A DNA stretch of 64,000 bases from Octopus sinensis (taxonomy: Eukaryota). The stretch covers positions 141,732,001 to 141,796,000 of the forward strand of contig NC_042999.1 of assembly GCF_006345805.1 (NCBI RefSeq), in the 5' to 3' direction. The number at the start of each line of letters is the position of its first letter. Position 1 is the first letter of the stretch. The position numbers were made by a program, and so were the translations under genes. Under the pieces are notes generated by a model that saw nothing but the letters and a program-made list of their open reading frames with translations, was not told the origin of the DNA and ran no database searches. This document shows, piece by piece, positions 54,123-64,000 of this stretch.

Positions 54123-54932
54123 TACAATAAAAACCCATGTAATTTGCGTACCTGTGTAATTTACACAGGTGATTTTCAGGATAAAAATTGTAAAATTTGC
54201 ACTCAAAAGTTTTCAGAATTGTCGACATGGCCAGGGGGAAAAGGTTTTCAATTTAGTTGTATTTAGCATTTCACTTAGTTATGATTAGATTTTATTAAAT
54301 TTTCATTAAATAGAAATAATTTCTGTTTAACAAGTATCACATTAAAAGCTATTAAATTACAAAAGTGTTTATGTCATTTATAGTAGACTTTTACATTTCT
54401 TGCCCACAAGAGTTTATGTCTGATCTTCAGTATACTGCTGTATGTCTTCTCAAATCATGATCACAGGAAAAGTTACCAAGAATTATTAACAAAAACAAAG
54501 CTGATAAATATGCACAGGTGTTGAAAATTAAGTTTAAATACCGATAAACATCAGCTTGGATGACACTTTACTCAACCGAATAAAATATGTAAAATATGGC
54601 CCAGGCCATGATTACCTGCATGAACATCAGACTTCAAAAAGTAGTTAACCATTTAATGGTTTTAGTAAATTTATACAGAAAAAGTAAGCATTATACCGTT
54701 TAGCATAAGTCAATTTCATTATATTTAAGCCCTTGTTTTTTCTGTAAAACCCTATTCTGATATTAAATGAGTCCAATTCTGGTACAAATATTTATATTTT
54801 CTATGTCTTTTTGCAACAAAAGAAATTTCTAAAAAGATTCTAAAAACGATCTACTCGTGTAATATATGCACCCCTAAAGCTTTTCTATTTTTGTGGGGAA
54901 AAAATGCATAAATTTCATGGGTTTTTATGGTA
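54123..54932. mobile_element. Tc1/pogo-type non-autonomous element inserted into a minus-strand SINE
   Basis: TA|caataaaaacccatg ... catgggtttttatgg|TA inverted termini with TA flanks; SINE-like sequence on both sides. Confidence 0.65.
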
Positions 54933-55163
54933 GTTTATCAATGCCAAAATTTTGAAAGGCAGCATCAACACCAGTAACATTTGAAATCAAAATGTGAAGA
55001 TGGATAAAATACTATTGAGCTTCTGTCCAGTGTGTTAACAATTGTACAAGCTCACCGACTAATAATAATGACTTCAAATTTTGACACTAGATCAGCAGTT
55101 TAGGGGAATAGAGTATGTTGGTTAACTCAGCCCCAGTGCTCAACTGGTACTTAATTTAATTGA

Positions 55164-55390
55164 GGCGGCGAGCTGGCAGAAACGTTAGCACGCTGGGCGA
55201 AATGCTTAGCAGTATTACATCTGCTGCTATGTTCTGAGTTCAAATTCCGCCGAGGTTGACTTTGCCTTTCATCCTTTCGGGGTCAATTAAATAAGTACCA
55301 GTTATGCACTGAGGTCAATATAATCGACTTAATCCATTTGTCCTTGTTTGTCCCTTCTGTGTTTAGCCCCTTGTGGGTAGTAAAGAAATA
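55164..55390 (+). mobile_element. Young full-length family-1 SINE with 18-bp TSD, nested antisense within an older SINE (about 55060-55530, - strand)
   Basis: TSD ggtacttaatttaattga at 55146-55163 and 55391-55408; CpG-retaining tRNA-like head. Confidence 0.92.
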
Positions 55391-55819
55391 GGTACTTAAT
55401 TTAATTGACTCTGGAAGGATGAAAGGCACAGTTGACTTTGGTGGAATTTGAACTCAGAATGTAAGGACTGATGAACTGTATCACTAAACAGTTCACCCGA
55501 CATGCTAACAATTCTATCATTTCACCTAATAATAATAATAATAATAATTCCTTCTCTAATGACAAAAAAAAAGCTATAAATCTTATGAAAGGCTAATGTT
55601 GACTTAATTTTTCCAGTATTACACTCCAGGAGGATGAAAGACAAATTCAATATTAAATGGATTTGTGCTTTGAAATGTGAAGACATAAATACCACAAGGC
55701 ATTTTATCTGGCATCATGCTGATTCTGCTTAACATTTTTGTTTCTTCTGTGTGAAACATTGATAAAATCTTGCAATTTAAAAATCATTTTCTATATTCTT
55801 CTCCTTTTTTATATTTCAG

Positions 55820-55848
55820 CTTTGTGGAAGAGTATGATCCAACAATTG
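55820..55848 (+). CDS. ras: Ras 29-nt microexon, residues H27-E37 (switch I)
   Basis: tttcag| C TTT GTG GAA GAG TAT GAT CCA ACA ATT G |gtaagt = (H)FVEEYDPTI(E). Phases fit the exon at 40891-40939 and both downstream 85-nt exons exactly. Confidence 0.96.
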
Positions 55849-56307
55849 GTAAGTTATCATTTTATTGTTACATAGTGTCATGCTAAAAAAAAAAATACCA
55901 TATATGCACAAATAAGGTACAAGTTACTAGTTGCTTAGTTTTATTACGTAATTTTAAATCTTTGTAACCATAAATTAAAAATTGTGTGGAGGAGAGAGTA
56001 TTCCCTCTCAGTGGATGTATGTGTTGCTTTGTAATCTGAATCAGCATATATTTAAGATTGTAATATATATGACAGTTTTGGTAAATATTTGAAAGGGAAA
56101 AAAATAAAGTAATAAAAAAGGGTATTGCCTAAAGTTCTCTCAAATCTTAAGTTCAGCTATCCCATAGCTGGGTATAAACTTGTCCTGGTTTAATTAACTG
56201 CATGCGTCTTCAGAGCTATATTTAAGTAGGTTACCTAATTACAAAAAAAACTGGTGGCTGTACATATTTAGGTCAGCTTGTGTATGACAGGTGGGCTGTG
56301 TAATAAA

Positions 56308-56380
56308 TACACACACACACACACACACACACACTCACTCACTCACTCACTCACTCACTCACTCACTCACTCACTCACTC
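56308..56380. repeat. (AC)n(TCAC)n compound microsatellite
   Basis: Directly visible. Confidence 0.95.
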
Positions 56381-59300
56381 AAGTTTGAATCTCCTTGTTG
56401 TATTCAACCCCAAACCCAGCAACTGTTACATATTCAAATACCCTCAGTTGTCCTTTTGGTTACAGAACCTTATTTATCAATGTGTCACTGGCTTACTGTA
56501 CTCTTATCAGTCTTTATATTCTCTATATACTACATTTATGTACATACAGCAGTGAAACTCTTAAAGGTCACTTTGTACTGCATTATAGATCTCTCTTTCT
56601 GTCTCATGAAAAAAGTTTTTCTATGCATTAGGGCAATAAATAAAAATTGCTTCTCATTTTTTACTCCCTCAATTGAATTGTCAGTTTTAAATATTACCAG
56701 TAGGAGGGAAACAGTTGTGATCTCTTAGAGCCTGATTTAAGGTAGTTTTAGTAGAATTCTATTATGAACCTAATGACAAAATTCATGAGCTGGTATTTCT
56801 GATATTTATGGAAATACATTCTTATCTTCTAAGGTAGAAAGTATCTCCCTCTTATGCTTAATTTCTCAAGGTGACTTCCTTGAAAAAAATCCATTTGATG
56901 TCAAGAACCCAGATTAACAGTAACATAGTAATAGGCACTAGTATAAGGAATAATGTAATTTTTCTCTCTATCAGTTTGAAAAAATTGAAGTGAAAGAGGC
57001 ATTTCAAGTACCATTCTATTTGATAGAGTTGACATTACTAGTTAGAAAATATTCAAAATTATAGCATTGCCAAAGTTTTGGGCATACAAATATTGTTTGA
57101 CTTGATCAGTGAAATCAGACATGTTTTTATTTTCTTTATAAGAATATTAAATTAAACATAAATATTTTCTTTAGATTTCTCATGAAACAAAGAAAAAAGT
57201 TATTCTCTTAAGGTTTCATAAGACGATATATTGTATAACAGTATTATCAATGTACCTGTTTAAATTATATTCTATACTGAGATTCTTACACTGGACTATT
57301 TTTCATTTTTATTTCTATCTAGGCTAAATTTTTGGTATCAGATTAAAAAACTAATCTTTCCCAGTCTTTCTTTTCATTGATATTGCAGAACATGTAGAAA
57401 GTATAGATGTTTTAATGTACTTTAAACAGTTGATGAAAAATAACAAACAAGAACATCTTAAAGATTTAGAAATATATTGAATATCTCTAAAATAATTTAC
57501 ATTAACATCTTTAGAGCATTTAAAAAAATATCATTACAATATTTGTTGATGTATTTTTCATTTTTCATGTTATTATATAAAGGATTACTTAGTAATTTAC
57601 TTATACGCCATGTGTGTGTGTGAGAAAACTTTTATCAAGGAAAACAATTCCCATCAGATTTAAACTAACATTTTTTGGCAAGATTATTTTTCTAATGTTT
57701 CTAATGAAGGCTACTGGCATTAAAATAAAACAACAAAAAAATTTAATAGGTATTTTATATGATTATATCCTTGTTTTCAGGGATCATATTGTCTGAGAAA
57801 GCTTTAACTTAATTAACATTAACCAATAAGAAAATTTTTCTTTCATCACTATACAACATTACTGCCAAATCTCCCTTGCAACAAACACCCTGCTGTTTTC
57901 AGTATTTTAGGAGATACCCCATGAATTAACGAGATGGTCACTGCAAGATCCTATTATTTTGTGCCATAGGACTGTGCTACTAGAATTTACTTTGATGTCA
58001 GAAGTAGTTATACAATACATTCCATATTTGTGTGTAAGATCCTTCTTATTCAATGTTGCATTCTGTGCTAAAGAGACATAAAACAACAAATTTAGTTTTC
58101 ATCTATTGAATTTAAACTTTATATGTAAAATTTTCTTGTAATAACTTTAAAAAGGTAGGCTGTTCAATTAAAAAGAGAAATCTGTAATAACATTTAATAC
58201 ACTTAGCATATTAGTCTTGCAGACTTGGGATAACTAAGTGTATTTTTGTATTTTCCAAGATTGTTTTGGTCTCATTATCAATCCTGCAGTTATGTATGTC
58301 CCAAAAACTAAAGATTGCTTGTTCTGTATTACAGAAATGATTGTCCTATCCTTATGAAAGGCACAAATATTATAACAATGCATTTTCTCTCCCCTATAAA
58401 CATGTTTATTTCTTTTCCGTAATCAATATTGTTTTTAGTACCTTAGATAAATTGAAAATAATTTATATAAATTTTCATGCCAGTGCTTTTAAGGCTCACA
58501 GAAAAATATATCTTTTCCACTGAAATATTAGTTTTATGAAGTTAATTTAAAACAGTCTTAATTTACTTACTTTAAGTTGGAACCTATATGTAATTGCTCA
58601 ATTCTAAGAAATAACAGCCAATACTTAGTTAAATCATCTTTAAAAAGGAAGCCTTACATAATGTCATGCTTGGACTCATTATGTCTGAAATAAAATATGA
58701 TGGTCACAACTAGATTGCCTTTGATCATAATCTCTGCTCAGTGAGGGCTGATTATATTTTAAATTTGCATGGCTATAGAGTAATGGTATGATAGATAACT
58801 TCCTATCCAAGATAATACTTTTTACTGTTTTCAGTATAAATCATTACCATTAGTTTGATTATTCTGTTGATATATATTAGAAAGTCCCAAAGAATCATTG
58901 CATTTTCTCCTTCAGTTACAATGCCAACATCTTAACCAGTATAGATATTGGCCACTCTATCATGTCTTGATTTATACTCTACTGGTACTAAAAGTACATT
59001 CAGAGATAAGTGGTCCACTGTTTCAGTCTCCTCATTTCAGAATCGGCACTTCAATCTACTCCAGTTTTCATCACATTGGCTTGATAGTTCTGGATCAATA
59101 AGCTATGAGCTTGAGCTACTAAGATGAAACCTTCACCCTCTGCCTTTAGCCCTGAACTTTATATTCTCTGATGGACGTACTTCTGGTCAACATCAGTTCA
59201 TTTGCTATAGGCTCCATATTTGCCATGCAGAGGTTCCCACCTACCAGCCAATTGTTTGTGCTTTTTTTTCTTTATCATTAATTTTATTTTCTTTGCAACT

Positions 59301-60079
59301 ACAGTTGCCACACTTCCTTCAGATTGTTCAGCTTGGATATCATAAAATCAGTAGCTAATCTTTTACTCTCTTTTAAGATAGTATGAAACTTCTTGTGCCT
59401 CTTGTGATTTTCAACCAGTTGTTTGTTATTTCAAGATATTTAGTCAGTCCAATTGTGGTTTTGTAAGAAAGTTCAAACTGGATTAAACCTCGACCTCCTT
59501 GGACTCTGGGAAGGTAAAGATGATCCACATCTGCCTTTGGGTGGTACATCTTGTTACAAGTTAGCAGCTTAGGAACTTTTCTGTCAATTTTCTCTGTTTC
59601 ATTGATATTTCCAGTTCAACACAGCTGTATGTAATGACTGGAACAGCTAACGAATTTATGGCTAAGACCTTGTTGTGTGCATTTAGCTCAGATTTCAGAA
59701 CTGCTCAGGCTCTCTGGCAGAATCATTAGACGTGCATCATTTCTTCTGACTTTTTACATTTTGAGCTCAAATTCTACCGAGTTCAACTTTGTGGTGATGG
59801 GATCAACTGACCCCACTGATCAAAATTGTTGCTGGCCTTGTGTCTAAATTAGAATTATTATTACTAAGCTGTTCCTGTATGAAATCTATTGTTAACATCT
59901 ACTAATTTTTTATATATTTATCAAAGAGAGCAATGGCACAAAACTATTTCTGTTACTAAGAGATAGATAGATAAAAATATGTCTGTCTGTTTTTTTTTGT
60001 CATGTGGTATGGGATATAATTTAGTTAGCCATCTGAAATCATCCTGCTGCTTTTCATTTACTGAAGCTTTTATGATAAA

Positions 60080-61070
60080 TAATAATAATGGTTTCAAATT
60101 TTAGTACAAAGCCAGCAGTTTTGAGGGAGGAAATAAATTATGTTGACCCCAGCATTCCACTGGCACTTATTTTGTCAACACTGAAAGGATGAAAAACAAA
60201 GTCAACCTTGGCAGAATTTGAACTCAAAATTCAAAGCCAAAAGAAATGCCACTGAGCATTTTGTCTGACATGTTAACAATTCTGCCAGCTTGCCACCTTA
60301 ATAATGATGATAATAATTCTGGCACAAGGCCAGCAATTTTAGGGGAAGGTGTAAGTTTATTACATCAGCCCCAGTGGTACTGGTACTTATTTTGTTAACC
60401 CTGAAAGTATGAAATGCAAAGTCAACCTTGGTAGAATTTGAACTCAGCATAATAATAATGCTTTCTACTACCTGAAATTTTGGGGAAGGGACTAGTTGAT
60501 CACATCAACATCAGTGCTCAACTGGTACTTATTTTATTGACCCTGAAAGGATGAAAGCGAAAAATTACCTCAGCTGAAATTGAACTCAATATAAAGACGG
60601 ACAAAATGCCACTAAACATTTTGCATGTTGTGCTAACAATTTTGCCAGCTTGCCACATAATAATAATAATAATGGTTTCAAATTTTGGCACAAGGCCAGC
60701 AACTTCGGGGGTAGAGGTAAGTCAATTACATCAACCCCAGTGTTTTACTGGCACTTATTTTATTGACCCCAAAAGGATGAAAGGCAAAGTTGACCTCAGC
60801 AGAATTTAAACTCAGAACATAAAGATGGGTGAAATACCACTAAGTATTTTGCCTGGTGTGCTAACAACTCTGCCAGCTCTGCTTTAATAATAATAATAAT
60901 TTCTATCATTGACTATATCAGCCCAGTATGTGACTGGTACCTCATTTTATTGACTCACTAAAGTAATGTAAACTTTAGTGAGATTTGAATTCAGAGCAAA
61001 AAGAACCAGTACAAATACCACTATTCATTTTGTCTCACATTCTAGCAGTTCTTCTTATCGACTGCCCAAT
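60080..61070 (-). mobile_element. Tandem array of five family-1 SINEs separated by (aat)n
   Basis: Units start at about 60080, 60300, 60450, 60658 and 60890, mostly with ctgg(c/t)acttatttt...ggatgaaa...gaatttgaactcag-like blocks. Confidence 0.85.
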
Positions 61071-61472
61071 AAAAATAGTATTGTTATTTTATATCTGTTA
61101 AGTAAGTCTGGTGTAGGCCGTCAGAAATAAGTGATACATCAAGAAGATTGATAAAACACATCTGACACAAAAAATAAGATTGCAACTTCCTATTTTTCTA
61201 TAAAACTAACAGGCAAAAAACTTCCCATCTGACCTATGTTACAGTAGCAGAGAACATTTTCAGTAAAGAAATTTTTTAAAAAAAGTTATCTTACTGAGAA
61301 TTACTTTGTTGTTGGACAGTCTGACATAAAAACATGAGGCCATTTTAATTGAAATATGAAACCCAATTTCACTCCAAAGGCATTCAGCCTTGCAAATAAA
61401 TCAGTTGGACACTTTTTTTTTCTCTCGCTTTAATAAAAACCAATTTTAATTGAAGTATACATTCATTATATG

Positions 61473-61640
61473 TAGGTAGTGAGCTGGCAGAATCATTAGC
61501 ATGTAGCACATATGCTTATCACATTTCTTCCATCTCTTTACATTCTGAGTTCAAATCCTGCTGAAATCAACTTTGCCTTTCAACCCTTTAGAGTTGATAA
61601 AATATGTCAAGTGTTGATGTAATCAACTTGTTCCCACTTT
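61473..61640 (+). mobile_element. Family-1 SINE (antisense to the preceding array)
   Basis: ggtagtgagctggcagaatcattagc...ttctgagttcaaatcc...ctttgcctttcaacc. Confidence 0.8.
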
Positions 61641-62545
61641 CCTCTTGAACTTTGCAATTGACTAGCATCCTATTTAAGGGAATGCTGTTGTCTTGGTCAC
61701 TTGTACACCATGGAAACTGACTAACTAGTCCTATGGCTTGGGAGAAAAAAAGTATTATATATTTATAAGGGCATGAGTTTAGCAGAAATGTTTGCTTATC
61801 TGATTAGTATTTAATTTGCAATTCTATTTATTAAATTCAAATACTGCCATGATGGACTTTACCTTTTATCTCTCTAGGACAGCAATTTTCAATCTTTTTT
61901 TATTCTTACCCTCTGAATAAGGCATTAAAAAGTATTATGGCACACCATCAGCTTTTAAAAGTTTTATGAATTATCAAATTTATTAAAATGGGGATGGGTG
62001 CATGAATTGTGGTTTGCTGCAAAGGAATATACATACACTAATGCAGTACATTAAAAAAAAAGCAAAATATTTTGACATTTTCTGATTCATTGGAAACCTT
62101 GCATCTCACCCACAAGCCATTGCATTAGTTATTAGCAACAGCTCCAGTACTGTCAAAAAAATTTTTTTAGCTATAATAGCATAAATGCTCCCAATACCTA
62201 TGACAAATGTAAAAAGGTTTTGTCTTTAAATTAAGGAGTCAGTGCATGTTTGCATTTTTTCAAGTTCATCTTACATTCAGAATAGGAAGTATCTGGGTAG
62301 AGCTAATGTTCAGCTTGGGTTTCTACTATTTAGTAGGGATAAATTCTAAAGCAGAATATTTAGATGAAAGGTGTAAGAGATTAAACAAAAGGGGATTGAA
62401 GGGAAGAGAAGAGATGCATGCATCAAGAGGTAACAGTGTGATTACACAGATGGATGTAAGCTGAGGTCCTTGTCCCTGGTCCCTATTGACATTCTTTATA
62501 GTGAGGCTATATTCAAATAATCTTTGAAAAGCATTTCAACTTTGA

Positions 62546-62665
<120 letters not shown>

Positions 62666-62701
62666 TAAATTTCATTGTTAATTTGTTTTTTTCCTTTTCA
62701 G

Positions 62702-62786
62702 AGGACTCCTACAGAAAACAGGTTGTCATAGATGGGGATACTTGTCTGTTGGATATTCTGGACACAGCAGGTCAAGAAGAATACAG
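62702..62786 (+). CDS. ras: Ras duplicated exon copy B, residues E37-S65 (Y40, G48, D49); candidate mutually exclusive exon
   Basis: Strong pyrimidine tract + tttcag|AG GAC TCC TAC AGA AAA ... GAA GAA TAC AG|gttggt = (E)[27 protein letters not shown](S); 85 nt; visible inside ORF 62602..62913. Confidence 0.95.
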
Positions 62787-64000
62787 GTTGGTTGCTGGGT
62801 TAACACACACTCCTGCCCCGACATTCTTTAGCTTTTCAGCACCTAGCAGGCATGGTTGTTTTGTTTTTGTTTTTTCTTTCCCTCCCTCTACACATCATTT
62901 CACCTTATTTTAACCACCCTTGTCCTCCTCACCTGTAAGCTATCATCTGTAAGTTTCTGGAACATTCAGTATTGTTCTTTATATTTTGTTGTTATCTGTA
63001 ACTTAATTGAAAATAACCCTCACTCCTATTCTCCTTTTTCACATTCAATCTATAAATCTGTTGTCTTCTACATCTTTGCTTTAACATTCAGTTTAACATC
63101 TCTTACTCATGCACACACACACACACACACACCCATGTACACACTTTGTTCTGTTATGATTTCATGTGTGCAATTTAACACTGAAGATTGTAAAGGTTGA
63201 TATCTTGCACCTTTTTTTTCTTGGTTTCATTGCTTTCTTAAAAACACCGTTTCAAAATATTGGTTTGCCATTTTACAAAAATAATTGTGTATTTTGGCTT
63301 TATACTTTGATATTACTTTTAATAGGTTTTGCTTTGTGTTTTATCATTTTTTTCATTGTCTGTTATATTTTCCTTCTTTTCATCCTTGTCATAGCTTATA
63401 TATTTTCCTTCTCATTTCCTCAATCCTATCACTTGCTTTTAATTTTGTATTGGTTTCTTGTAATTGACTTTGTTACTTTTTTTTTATATAAATCTTATTC
63501 TGCTATGTCTCCTAGTCAATCCTGCATATAGCACATTTAATCTAAAACGATTCAGGTAGGATTAAAATCTTTCACCTTAATTAGGTCAATGTTCCATTCC
63601 ATTTCTTTTCAAACATTATTTGAAGATAAAGAAGCTTTTTAAAATCAATCTTAAAAATTCAAACAAAATTTGATTTTTTTTTTTCCTTTTTAACTCCATG
63701 TTCTGTATTGAATATTGGTATTTTATTGATTCAATGATAAAAATCTTTTATTCTTTTTCTTATGACTTAGTGAGGTTTTTATTTTATTTTGTTGGAAATT
63801 CTTTTTTTTTTTTGCTGGATTTTAAAAACACTAACATTTTTACTTTTAATTAAATATGTACTATTATTATCATTGATTTTTTTTTTACACTTAATTTAAA
63901 AACTGAACAAACTTGCAATCTTCAAAACATGTACACATGCAGGCACACACAATGTGTGTATACATATAAAATGACTGATACAGTTGACATTCAGCAGCCA

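Noticed and set aside
62793-62850. tgctgggt/acctagca stem next to the exon B donor as a regulatory hairpin
   Set aside because: Only 8 bp with a G-U pair; expected by chance without conservation data.
62787-64000. A third exon copy or the next Ras exon (SAMRDQYMRTGEGF)
   Set aside because: No matching coding sequence was seen; it presumably lies beyond the window.

Overview
AT-rich, repeat-dense animal genomic DNA. The SINE/RTE repeat content looks like Octopus (coleoid cephalopod); this is an inference. None of the listed six-frame ORFs is a complete gene. The only host gene found is the 5' part of a canonical p21 Ras gene on the + strand, split into tiny exons: 40891-40939 (A11-H27), a 29-nt microexon at 55820-55848 (H27-E37), and two tandem 85-nt copies of the next exon, 62562-62646 (copy A) and 62702-62786 (copy B), separated by only 55 nt. 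Both copies are intact, have identical splice phases and differ mostly at synonymous sites. Copy A encodes His instead of the highly conserved effector-loop Tyr40 and Ser instead of Gly48. This points to mutually exclusive exons that switch the Ras effector-binding surface, the top finding. The first coding exon and all exons after residue 65 were not found. The rest is probably intronic: tRNA-derived SINEs, RTE-like LINE fragments, degenerate Gypsy, mariner, hAT and Penelope-like remnants, MITEs, two decayed hammerhead-like motifs, microsatellites and several long inverted repeats.
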